DNA of 63,856 nucleotides, filler included, from Octopus bimaculoides (lineage: Eukaryota): the NCBI RefSeq assembly GCF_001194135.2. It is 8 parts of 8 records of this genome, joined end to end, with 100 filler letters (N's around TTAATTAATTAA, not from the genome) between each part and the next. Parts side by side here need not be neighbours in the genome. Positions count along the whole stretch, not along the records: positions 1 to 21,334 come from NC_068985.1; positions 21,435 to 40,930 come from NC_068997.1; 6 more parts are not named here. One strand, written 5' to 3'. The notes under the pieces are model-generated. The model had not been told where the DNA came from, ran no database searches, and saw only the letters and a program-made list of their open reading frames with translations. The translations under genes were made by a program, and so were the position numbers. This document shows positions 11,936-22,945 of the stretch, one piece after another (the stretch's first letter is position 1; the number at the start of each line of letters is the position of its first letter).

Positions 11936-12687
11936 ATCCGTGGGCATCGGGTACATCTTCTCATGGATTCATTTCTTCAAGCTGTATAATGGATGTTTAC
12001 TAGAGAGATGTTTATCCCTCTTGACCAGTGCAAAGGTTGGTTAAGTTAACCTAGGTATTTTCTGATATAATTTTCATGATAATTTTTTTTTTCTAATGAC
12101 CCTATTTATTCTAATCCTGCATCTTACACCTAACAACTTCTGTCCTCTCATATTTGTCTTGATCTTCAAACTATATTCTTCACAAAATTAATTCAATTTA
12201 TCACTTATATTAACCTGTCTACTATGATTCTATCATTAGAAGGTATTTGTAAATCCAATTGCTTTTTCCTTATGGATTTTCTTACCTTCTTACCGTTTTG
12301 TATCCTCATACGCTACGTCTCTGCGTACAAGCTGTAGCTATTGTTAGCATTATTACTATTACTCTCTTGTATGCTACATTTGATTTTTAACATTAAAAGA
12401 TATAAAATTCTGATAAAGTGCAAGAGCAAAATAAATAAACAATTTAATCGATCTTGTTTGTGCTGCTGCTCCCAACAGGTTTAATCTGTCATGTTGTATA
12501 TACACACCTTCACTCTGCTCATAACAAACATTCATAACCGTCGCGAAAGAGTACAATATCACATAGCCGGGTGCTAAGAAAACTGCAGCCAACAGAAATT
12601 AGTGGCGTCATCTTGCAGTCCATTGTGATCGAGAGCATAGAAGGAACTGATACTCACACTAACCTCATTATTATCAGTGATAAAAGG

Positions 12688-13384
12688 GATCTATTTTAAA
12701 ACGGGGGCGCCAGTATTTTCTTAACGAAACACTAACGAAACACTTTGAAACTTGGGACACTGGTAGAATGTGTCATATAAAACATCTTTTACTCTTAGTC
12801 TTCTTAACANNNNNNNNNNNNNNNNNNNNNNNNNNNNNNNNNAAAAAAAAAAAAAAAAGGAATTCGCAAGTTATTCCATGTTAAAGTTGTCGTATTTCTG
12901 TAATTTCAACCAATTACTGACGTCTATTCAGCTGAATAGAGTTTACTGCTGGGCGGTCATAAAAATGTTATTCCCTGTGACATATTTCATCCGGTTTAAT
13001 CGTAATTTATACGCATATATTGTTTATATAATAAATTACGCTGTGCGTATCTATGTATGTAACAATTTTAGAGTTCGGATTCTAGAGTTAGGGTTAGTTT
13101 TAGGGTTAGGGTTACGGTTACGATTAACAGTCTAGTTAGGGTTAGGGGATTAATACGATATACACCGTTACAGCGCTAACTGTTTTCAACTGAATAGATG
13201 TCAGTGATTGGTAGAAATTATCGAAATAAGACAATTTTTTACATGAAATAAATTCGAATACAAAAATTTTTTTCTGTTCTATAACACAAAATAGATAAGT
13301 ATACGAAGTTTCAAAGTCTTTCGGTACCAAAAACACTACATAAAACGTAAATGAAAACTGGTGCCCCCGTTTTAAAATAGATGC
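12688..13384. mobile_element. Fold-back / long-TIR non-autonomous DNA element with 9-bp TSD and TTAGGG-rich core
   Basis: ATCTATTTTAAAACGGGGGCGCCAGT ... ACTGGTGCCCCCGTTTTAAAATAGAT; inner arms 12860-12945 / 13165-13260 also complementary; GATAAAAGG at 12679-12687 and 13385-13393. Confidence 0.8.
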
Positions 13385-13944
13385 GATAAAAGGCTTTGTT
13401 CATCATTATAATTGATAAGAAAAAACTGTTATCTTTACTTCACTTCTAATTGCTAGGTGACTAATATCCTTTATATTTATATAATGTTTAAGATAAAAGG
13501 AAAATAATAAATTTAAACATATAGAAGTATTTATTATTATTTTTTATACTTTAAATTTCATACTTTTTAATTAAATTTTATTATCAAACGATTTCAACGT
13601 AATGGATAACGATGACCACTTTATCAATCACAAAATTTAATAAAGCTGATCATTTTTTTCACTAATCTATTTATTGATTTTTCAAAACTTTTACGTATTT
13701 ATATAACCCTTTATACATCAACATTCCGATCCCGCCCTCTCTCTACTCAATCTTCATTCATTTTCTTTGAAAAACTGCCTTACATTAATGAGCTACAGGG
13801 GTTCCTTTATTTAATCCCATACAGTACTGCTCACCCTCTCTCTACATAGATGTCAGCCGCTCTTTATCTCTAATCCTTCCACAAATAAGCTCTTCTATTA
13901 ATTCTAAAGAATTTAAAGCTCATCACATGGTTACAAATAAGAGA

Positions 13945-14060
13945 CAATTGGAACAAGCATCAGGCTTAGAAAGTTAAGTAGAGGCATCAATTCATTCGAC
14001 TGAAACCCTTCGAAGTTGTGCTTCGGCATGGCTGCAGTCCAGTGACTGAAAGAAATAGAT
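13945..14060 (+). mobile_element. SINE family A tail fragment
   Basis: TTCGACTGAA...GGCATGGCTGCAGTCCAGTGACTGAAA. Confidence 0.5.
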
Positions 14061-14269
14061 AAAAACGAAATGATCAAGAAAAGAAAGATAGAAAGAAAGA
14101 AAGAAAAAAGAATGAAAATGAAAGGACAAAGTTAGAAAGAAAGAATTAACAGCCACACTTCCTCACCAAAATTTTACATTATTACACACACACACACGTG
14201 AGATTATCTTATCCTAATATCTTCAGACGAAGTCTATAAGAAGCCAATCTCACTAAGAGCTAGTATTTG

Positions 14270-14306
<37 letters not shown>

Positions 14307-14334
14307 CATTCTGTTACTTTTTATGTTTTTTTGC

Positions 14335-14648
14335 TTTACTAGCATTAGTCATTAGACTGTGGCTGTGCTGAAGAGTTTTTACTCGAATATTTTTTACATG
14401 GTACTTATTCTATCGGTCTTTTTTCCAGAACCGCTAAGTTACAGGAACATAAACGCACCAACACCGATTGACAAGCGGCGCTGGCGGCCCAAAAGCTTCT
14501 TTCAGTTACCGTCTATCAAATCCACTCGCAAGGTTTTGTTTGGCCTGAGGGTACTCTAGATGAAACATGTCCAAAGTGGCACGCAGTGGAACTGAACCCA
14601 GAACCATATGGTAGGGAAGCAAACTTCTTACCACATGGCTACGCTTGA
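14335..14648 (-). mobile_element. SINE family A, near full length, lacking the internal microsatellite
   Basis: Revcomp has head, body and tail in order with only a short GC linker at about 14476-14495. Confidence 0.8.
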
Positions 14649-14884
14649 GCCTATATTTACAATATTGTCATATATACACGCATACATTCGCATATATGTG
14701 TATGCGTGTGTGTGTGTGCGTGCATGTGTGTGTGTGCGTGCATGTGTGTGTGTGCGTGCATGTGTGTGTGTGTGTGAAATTATATGTTTAGAGTATAGGA
14801 GAAACACTAAAAATTTCAACATGTCACATACATATGAAGGCAAATATAACTATAAGTTTTACTAATTGCTGGTAGAGACACCGT

Positions 14885-15228
14885 ATTTCGTTATGCAACC
14901 ATAATATATTACCAAGTATATTAAAGGAATATAATTAATGTATTAAATGTTAATTTATTTCATTTACGAGATTTCCATTCTATAACAGCCATACATTCAC
15001 ACACTCATACATGACTCTCATTTTACTCGGATGGAACCCCATGGCTATTTTAAGTTTAAAATATCCTATTATATTTTTCTAGTTAAATATTATTAGGATT
15101 TGTATTCAAAAATTCTTAAAGTATTTGGGGATTGCAGAAGTATAACCAATTTTGGCACATAAATTTTAACAAAATCTTATTTGGACCCCCATGGGTCAAT
15201 TGCCCCACCCCCCAATTGAGAACCACTA
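14885..15228. mobile_element. hAT-type MITE, one terminus preserved (probably same class as 29054-29493)
   Basis: Ends GGACCCCCATGG...TTGAGAACCACTA, the complement of the CAGTGGTTCTCAA terminus. Confidence 0.45.
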
Positions 15229-15232
15229 CTCG

Positions 15233-15850
15233 AGATTGATCAGTGTGGAGAAAAGCAGTGCATGACGTAAGGAGAGAATGAGGTGGTACTGTGAACATAA
15301 CAAATACTCCTAGTAGTGAAATTTCACCAAACCACAAAATAAAGCCAGTGATGCATTCTGAAATTCTGAAAGGCTTTTATGTTATTAGTAATGAGTTTTA
15401 ACCGAGACAAAGTTGAAGGTCTACACTACTTGTGCATTTTCTTCGTTGCTATATAAGTATGAAACCACCGGCGTCATTTACCAGCGACACGTGAATAAAA
15501 CTGGAACGATTTCACTAAGAGTGCCTTCTACACGTTGAAGCCTTGGATACGCAATCAGTCTAACAGAACAACGTCTTTATCACTTTAGCGCTGATTACGA
15601 TGGGGCAACTATTTGGCCAGAACTGAAGACGATCAAATACCAAAGTAATTTCTGTATGGTAAATTACTGAAAGACCAGAACACAAAATGGAATTAAGGTA
15701 CCAGGAGTGCATCATGATTATACGATTATACTGGAGAAGATCAATGTCTTGGAATATTGATCAGAAAACCTCGCTCCAGATTGATCATCGTGGACAAAAG
15801 CAGTGCACGATGTTTGGAGAGAACTCATTCCTATTCAACATGAAGAGCTC
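15233..15850 (+). mobile_element. RTE (BovB-like) LINE ORF2 3' fragment, pseudogenised
   Basis: Frameshifted peptides ETKLKVYTTCAFSSLLY, LRWGNYLARTEDDQIPK*FLYGKLL resemble RTE C-terminal TKLKVY...LRWAGHVxRM..R.PK. Confidence 0.65.
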
Positions 15851-15929
15851 CAGTGAGCTGTTCATAAGGATCTTGATGTTAAATTGTTTGACTCTCAGAA
15901 CACAGCCCGATTTAAAATGTAACTTGATG

Positions 15930-16403
15930 CAACTCTCAGGCATCATTCTGCCGACCGGCGTCTTTGTCTGTAGTTGTACTGTCACGTGGTGCGTTTTTGT
16001 TTTGCAGTACTTCTCTCCTGTTCATCGATATTTGCGATGGCTGAAACGAAGGAACAGCATGCTTCCGTGAATTTCTGTTTTCTGCTGGAAAAAAAAAACG
16101 GCGGCACAAACAATTGTCATGCTTCAAACAGCTTACAAGGACGCTGCCATGAATAAAACACAAGTTTAAAGTGGTTTCGACGCTTTAGGAATGGCCACTT
16201 TTCGCTTGAAGACCAACCACTTTTAGGACGACCGTCGACCTACTGAACGAATGAAAAAATGAAAATTCATGAACTGACCTTTGAGACCGTCACCGAACAA
16301 TTGACGAACTTCTTGATATGACTGGTGTGTCCTGGAGGTCCTGCCAACGAATTTTGAGCGAGGAATTGCGAATGAAAAGCGTTGCAGCAAAATTTGTGCC
16401 CCG
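15930..16403 (+). mobile_element. Mariner transposase 5' fragment (HTH region), truncated by a microsatellite
   Basis: ATG 16037 MAETKEQHASVNFCFLL; WFRRFRNGHFSLEDQ..GRPST; MTGVSWRSCQRILSEELRMKSVAAKFVPR. Confidence 0.8.
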
Positions 16404-16439
<36 letters not shown>

Positions 16440-16462
16440 GTGTGGTGTGCGCGCGCGTGTTC

Positions 16463-16534
<72 letters not shown>

Positions 16535-17057
16535 AGAAATACATGCATAAATATACATAGGTACGTATAAGTATATATTTATACACATGTTAGTATATAT
16601 GCATATGTATACATATATGCAGACACAAAAATAATGATTAATCATGCGATCAATATTTTCTGCTTATTTTCAAATCATTCGTATTTGCGTTTATTTTTAA
16701 TACAAAAACAAAGGTGAAAAACCATTAAAGGAATTGCTCAGGGAACAAAACATTACCATTTAACGACAAGCAAGAAATATCAGGTAATATTTTTTGAAAT
16801 TCATGTTGCAATTAAGTCAAAGACAATAGTATCATAAATAAATGCGAAGGAGACATTTTGACAGATACACATCAAAATTCGTTGTTTGCTTATTTATATT
16901 GCTCTATCTCCCACTCTGTTTTTCTCTCACGTTCCTTGGTTTTTTAGTATATAATTATAGATGTATAAATTTGGTTACTTCTGAAAAGGTAGTAGCATCT
17001 CTCTTTGCCTCTATTTGTCTTTCTGTTTGCCTGTCTTTGTCTTTCTGTTTCTCTCTC

Positions 17058-17114
<57 letters not shown>

Positions 17115-17294
17115 CACGTGGATTGCTATTTCTTTAGAAAGGAATAACAGCCTTAACTGCTTGAGTTCCTTGTAGATCATTATTAAAAATAAAATATGAA
17201 TGAAACGAATTACAATCATATTTTAAAACACTGCAAGTTGAGGGAAAATGGAAGAAAATATATGGGAAAATGTAAGAGAAGGGGAAAAAGAAAA

Positions 17295-17692
17295 GTTAAA
17301 ATGAATAAAGACAAATATTATGAAAACATGACGTTGGTGGAAAATAAAACATATATAGGATTTAAATTACGCTGATTCTAATATACGAAGGGGTGCTGAA
17401 ATGTTTCTGGCTTTAAGAATATCACGAAAGGCTTGGTCGGAGGCTCAACCATCCGAGCTCTTTTACAGGGCTTAGAATAACTGAAAGGGCTGCTGCAATA
17501 AGTGTGTGAATCAGAAGAAAATAAGCTGAATAAAATTATAATTAACAGTTCCTCCTATATTTTCTTTTACCCAAAGCCAGGAACCTTTCAGCACCCCTTC
17601 GTATATTAGAATCAGCGTAATTTAAATCCTATATATGTTTTATTTTCCACCAACGTCATGTTTTCATAATATTTGTCTTTATTCATTTTAAC
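17295..17692. repeat. Perfect 107-bp inverted repeat (17295-17401 / 17586-17692)
   Basis: Base-by-base check: arms are exact reverse complements. Confidence 0.95.
17386..17601 (+). mobile_element. Mariner-derived MITE, about 28-bp TIR, TA TSD
   Basis: TA|CGAAGGGGTGCTGAAATGTTTCTGGCTTT ... AAAGCCAGGAACCTTTCAGCACCCCTTCG|TA; interior aligns with 8919-9133. Confidence 0.9.
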
Positions 17693-18254
17693 AAAAAAAA
17701 AAAAGTGAAAGCGCAAAGAAGAGTTCTTGATGGTGGTGATTGGCGGAAACGAAAGACTGCAAAGATAATTATTTAATATGTACGCGATTTTAAAGCACCC
17801 ATTTCAGTTTTCTTACAAAATATAATTTGTTAAAGAATATTAATACTTGAACCTATGTCGTTAAGGCACCCTAATGACAAAGAGAAGATTAACAGAACTA
17901 GTATCGAAATTCTCGACAAATTCCGTTGAGGTGAGCTGTGTAGTTTACAAAGCGGTAAGTTTATAAATATATAAATATCTAAAATGCTTGATTGACTAAA
18001 GATGCCTGTGGAAAACTAAGATATAAAATATTATTAAGCTTTTACCATAGTGTCTATAAGAAAACTGATTGTTATAATATATATATACATATGCATACAC
18101 AAGAGTATAATTGTGTGTGTGCAGATCTCTCCAGCATAAACACATACATATGTCAACATCTACGTGCGTGATTGAATGTATGTGCAAACATATATGTAGT
18201 CACACATACACAGACACGCGCGCCCAATACCAAATATATATCTATATATAAGTA

Positions 18255-18300
<46 letters not shown>

Positions 18301-18397
18301 TATATATATATAAAGTTAAAATTTACAGAAAACAAAAACGGAGGTGTATAAACAACAGGCAGGTTTATTAGTTTGACGCTCGGGAAGGTGAGAAAGT

Positions 18398-18433
18398 CTT
18401 TTACGTTTCGAGCCTACGCTCTTCAACTGAAAG
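18398..18433 (-). ncRNA. Degenerate minimal type I hammerhead-ribozyme-like motif
   Basis: Minus strand CTTT-CAGTTGA-A-GAGC-GTAG-GCTC-GAAA-CG-TA-AAAG: stems I, II and palindromic ACGT stem III fit; core has two substitutions relative to CUGANGA. Confidence 0.45.
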
Positions 18434-19116
18434 GAATACAAGGAAATACAGAGAGAGAATGAAAAATCGTTTGGAGAGAATAAAACAATAAAACATATAT
18501 ATATATATAAGTATGCTATCATTTTCTTTGAACATGTGATCTGGTGGATATTTGTGAAGGACGAACCATCAACTAGTGGATCTGTCACTGGCACCCGTTC
18601 TGTGTACCTATTGTTGTTGCTTCTTAGCCCTAGGTTAAGCCTGGTTCATGGTTAAGCATAGGTACCATTATAGAGATTCCAGTCATGAACTTTCCATATA
18701 TACATTTGAGACTCTCAATGTTCAATGTGTCTCTCTGTTGTTTATTCAATTTTAAAAAATCGGTGTGATACTCTGTCCAGTGTAGACTTAGCTATCCACT
18801 GCCAACATACTGAAGAACAGGCCATAGCCTCTGTTACATTTTGGAAATTACAGCATCCTAACAGACGACAAAAGTACCCAGATACATTACATTGTTATTA
18901 TAGGTAAACACACAAAATACAACAAAACACACAAAATTCAATAAAACACAAAAAATTCAATAAAAATGTTGAATGTTATTTCAACAAAGTCAAGCCTTGA
19001 TTCAAAAATGGATCTTAAAAATGAATTCTAGCAAAGTCCTACATAAACCAAGATGAAAATTTGTTGACTACTCAATCCCACCACAGAAAAAACAATTCAA
19101 ACCCAGTCGGCTCATG

Positions 19117-19198
<82 letters not shown>

Positions 19199-19924
19199 TC
19201 TATCTCTCTCTCTCTCTCTTCTCACACACACATACATACATACATGCATACATACATACATGCATACATACATACATGCATACATACATACATACATACA
19301 GACAGACAGACATACGCACGCGTACATGCATGTATACATATATGTTGGTTAAATTACTGGACACATAGTTTTTCAAGAAACCAGTTGATTTAATTCAAAA
19401 CGTAATGTGCTATAGAAAGTTTGAATTTATCCAAAATATAACAAATTTATAAGGCATTATATGAGGATATATGGCCAAACCGTTATAGGATTCAAGCCTC
19501 CCGCGCAAGGATCCTCAATTTAACAGACATTCAGAATGACTAACTTCTTGTAACTACAAAATTTCGAAAATCTGGAGATTTCCAAGCTACCTCTCATTAT
19601 TGATATGTATATTTATGAATGGATTCGTACCGATAATCGCATATCTTTCTTTAACCCTAAGCTAAACCTAAACCTCTTTAAATTCATTACCACCTTAACA
19701 TGCAATAATTTAATTACGCCTAATGGCCAAATTATCTCCCCAAGTTTATCATACTAAATTCACATAACTTAACCAGTCAATTTTGCTCATACTTATTAAC
19801 TTTGCATATTATTATCCATCCTAAAATTAGCTTGAGGCTACATACTGCCGAAGCCAATTAAACTAGTGTTATATTTAGAATGCACGAATATCAGAACCAT
19901 TGAAATATCGGACAGTCCCGGATT

Positions 19925-20010
19925 TTAACGATGTGAGTTCAAATCTTAACTTTGCCTGCTTTCTTCCTGAGGTCGATGTAATAAAGTACCTGTCAAGTAC
20001 TGGTACTTTA
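19925..20010 (+). mobile_element. SINE family C fragment
   Basis: GAGTTCAAATC...TTTGCC...GAGGTCGAT..AATAAAGTACC similar to 40515-40680 and 50745-50942. Confidence 0.4.
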
Positions 20011-21093
20011 TATTAGATGCTGCAATACAGAAAAGGTAGTTAGGTTTGGAATTCCTTTCTTCACACACGGCCAGCTGGTTTAGGATTGATAGTGGCTAAA
20101 TACCAGTAACACCAACATCAACATATATACCTATCTGCATACACACATGCACATATGTATACATACTTATATACATACATACATACATGCATACATACAC
20201 ACGCACATGCATATATATATANNNNNNNNNNNNNNNNNNNNNNNNNNNNNNNNNNNNNNNNNNNNNNNNNNNNNNNNNNNNNNNNNNNNNNNNNNNNNNN
20301 NNNNNNNNNNNNNNNNNNNNNNNNNNNNNNNNNNNNNNNNNNNNNNNNNNNNNNNNNNNNNNNNNNNNNNNNNNNNNNNNNNNNNNNNNNNNNNNNNNNN
20401 NNNNNNNNNNNNNNNNNNNNNNNNNNNNNNNNNNNNNNNNNNNNNNNNNNNNNNNNNNNNNNNNNNNNNNNNNNNNNNNNNNNNNNNNNNNNNNNNNNNN
20501 NNNNNNNNNNNNNNNNNNNNNNNNNNNNNNNNNNNNNNNNNNNNNNNNNNNNNNNNNNNNNNNNNNNNNNNNNNNNNNNNNNNNNNNNNNNNNNNNNNNN
20601 NNNNNNNNNNNNNNNNNNNNNNNNNNNNNNNNNNNNNNNNNNNNNNNNNNNNNNNNNNNNNNNNNNNNNNNNNNNNNNNNNNNNNNNNNNNNNNNNNNNN
20701 NNNNNNNNNNNNNNNNNNNNNNNNNNNNNNNNNNNNNNNNNNNNNNNTATATATATATATATATATACATGCATATATATACATACATATGCAAGGTCTG
20801 TAATATCGTTTCACTGTGAACTTCGTATCTTTACCATAAACAACATAAAAATATATCTGTGAAATCTATCTGAATAACTTTCTCCATAGGTGACACAGAT
20901 GTATTCAATCATTATGTCATTCGTACAGAAACTCTTTTGTCTTTGCAAAAATACTAATACTATATGACACGACATGAAGTCCTTCTTTAGAGTTCTTTCA
21001 GATTTTTCTATTCGCTCGTGCGACAAAGTATACGGCTGTGTGTGCATGTATATGTGAGTCAGTGATTGTGAGAGCGTGTGTGGGTTTGAGTGT

Positions 21094-21151
<58 letters not shown>

Positions 21152-21334
21152 GTGTTAGTGTCCAACATAATTCCAGGAATTTGGCGATGCTCTGCGACGG
21201 AAAAACTTGCTTGGCGAAAATGACAGAAAGTATGAATAATATACTGTCATGACCTTGCTTTATTCTGTGTATCACTTAAACACACACACACACATATATA
21301 TTTCAATACACACACACACACACACACACACACA

Positions 21335-21434
21335 NNNNNNNNNNNNNNNNNNNNNNNNNNNNNNNNNNNNNNNNNNNNTTAATTAATTAANNNNNNNNNN
21401 NNNNNNNNNNNNNNNNNNNNNNNNNNNNNNNNNN
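21335..21434. other. Artificial 100-bp scaffold spacer 44N-TTAATTAATTAA-44N (also at 40931-41030, 44068-44167, 51252-51351, 54302-54401, 59477-59576, 62692-62791)
   Basis: Identical 12-mer centred in N runs seven times; it gives stops in all six frames. Confidence 0.95.
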
Positions 21435-21435
21435 T

Positions 21436-21566
21436 TCTTTGTAAGCCTAGTACTTATCCTGTGTATACCTTAGACCGAACCGTTAAGTTAAGGGGACGTA
21501 AACAGACCAACATGTTTTCAAGCGACGGAGGGGTGGACAAACACAGATATGTGTATCTGTGTTTGT

Positions 21567-21623
<57 letters not shown>

Positions 21624-21783
21624 CGATGGGCATCTTTCAGTTTCCGTCTACGAAAACCACTCAGAAGGATTTGGTCAGCCCGAGGCTATAGTATAAGACA
21701 TTTGCATAAAGTGCCACGCAGTGGGACTGAACGCGGAACCATGTGGTTGGGAAGCAAGTTTGTTAGCACACAGCCACGCCTGG
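21436..21783 (-). mobile_element. SINE family A with internal (CA)n(TA)n
   Basis: Revcomp head, microsatellite and body; tail lost at the scaffold edge. Confidence 0.85.
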
Positions 21784-21816
21784 GCCTATGTATGTAGGTA
21801 TATGTGTATATGTATT

Positions 21817-21853
<37 letters not shown>

Positions 21854-22059
21854 NNNNNNNNNNATATGTATGTATATGTATATATATATGTATATATATA
21901 TATATACATATATATATATGTGTATGTACATACATACCACCATTTACGGGCTTAAATCAGAAAAATAAAGAAACGAGTGACCTTGCCGTGTGAACTATAT
22001 AGAAAGTGTTGACGATCGACCTACAACGATCGTGTCTTTACTTTGATAATTTTGTGTAC

Positions 22060-22945
22060 GACGAGGCTAAGACTACACTAGGTAAGCCCGACCAGAATTA
22101 TCAATATTATTGTAAGCTGAATTGAAAATGCTGCAAGAGAGGAAAGAATCAAACTCATCAGAGACTGATATTGATTTGAAGCACTAGGTGGACTCTACCA
22201 GCCTGAAGAGATATTTACAAGACTACAACAAAATCACTCAAAAATAATACGAAAACACAATGCAAAGAAACTGTAATAGGCTGCAGGCAGGAATAATGAA
22301 CGAGTCTTCGATAAAGGATTTCAAAGAAATTGGGAGTTAGAGAAATAGTGTTATCACTCTAATATGAATTTGTCGAAAGTATATGGTCTCAGATTGTAGA
22401 AAAGTTTTGAAGAGATAGATGGCACAATGTATGTAACTATTCAATGGGATACTGTGGTACTTACCAACATTCAACAAGGGACCTTCAGTTCAATCCTCGA
22501 GGAGATATGGCCGCAGTCTAATGACTGAAACAATTAAAAAAGAAAAAAAAAAGATAAAATTACTCAGCAAAATGTCTTGTCTGGACAATGGAGGCATCAG
22601 CTGTGGCTGGAATTCCAGATGAAATTTGTAAAGTTGGTACACCTAATTTTTGCTTATACAAATGAATTACTAAAGCACAGGAGGGGAGGAGGACCCGATC
22701 GATATTACAAGAATAGAATGTGTCGACATCATCACAATTTGCAAAACGTTGTTGCCAGAACTAAACGTATATATTATAGAAACGTCTCATAACGTCTCAA
22801 CAGCAGCAAAATATTTGCTCGGATCTTTCTCAACAGACTCACTATTCATATTATAGAAGAGATACTACTGGAAACCCAGTGCGATTTTCGACCTTAGTGT
22901 AGCTAGCGCAATTGACATGGTCTTTTGTCTTCATCTACCCCCAGT
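22060..22945 (+). mobile_element. RTE (BovB-like) LINE ORF2 fragment, interrupted by a SINE tail at about 22455-22545
   Basis: AAKIFARIFLNRLTIHIIEEILLETQCDFRP..AIDMVF (about 22805-22930) matches RTE RT motif KILARILLNRL...LPESQCGFRP..STVDMIF. Confidence 0.7.

Noticed and set aside
12374-12592. Hydrophobic 72-aa ORF
   Set aside because: TTG start after an in-frame stop; no recognisable domain
16842-17147. 101-aa hydrophobic ORF
   Set aside because: Hydrophobicity comes from T-rich and (CTAT)n sequence
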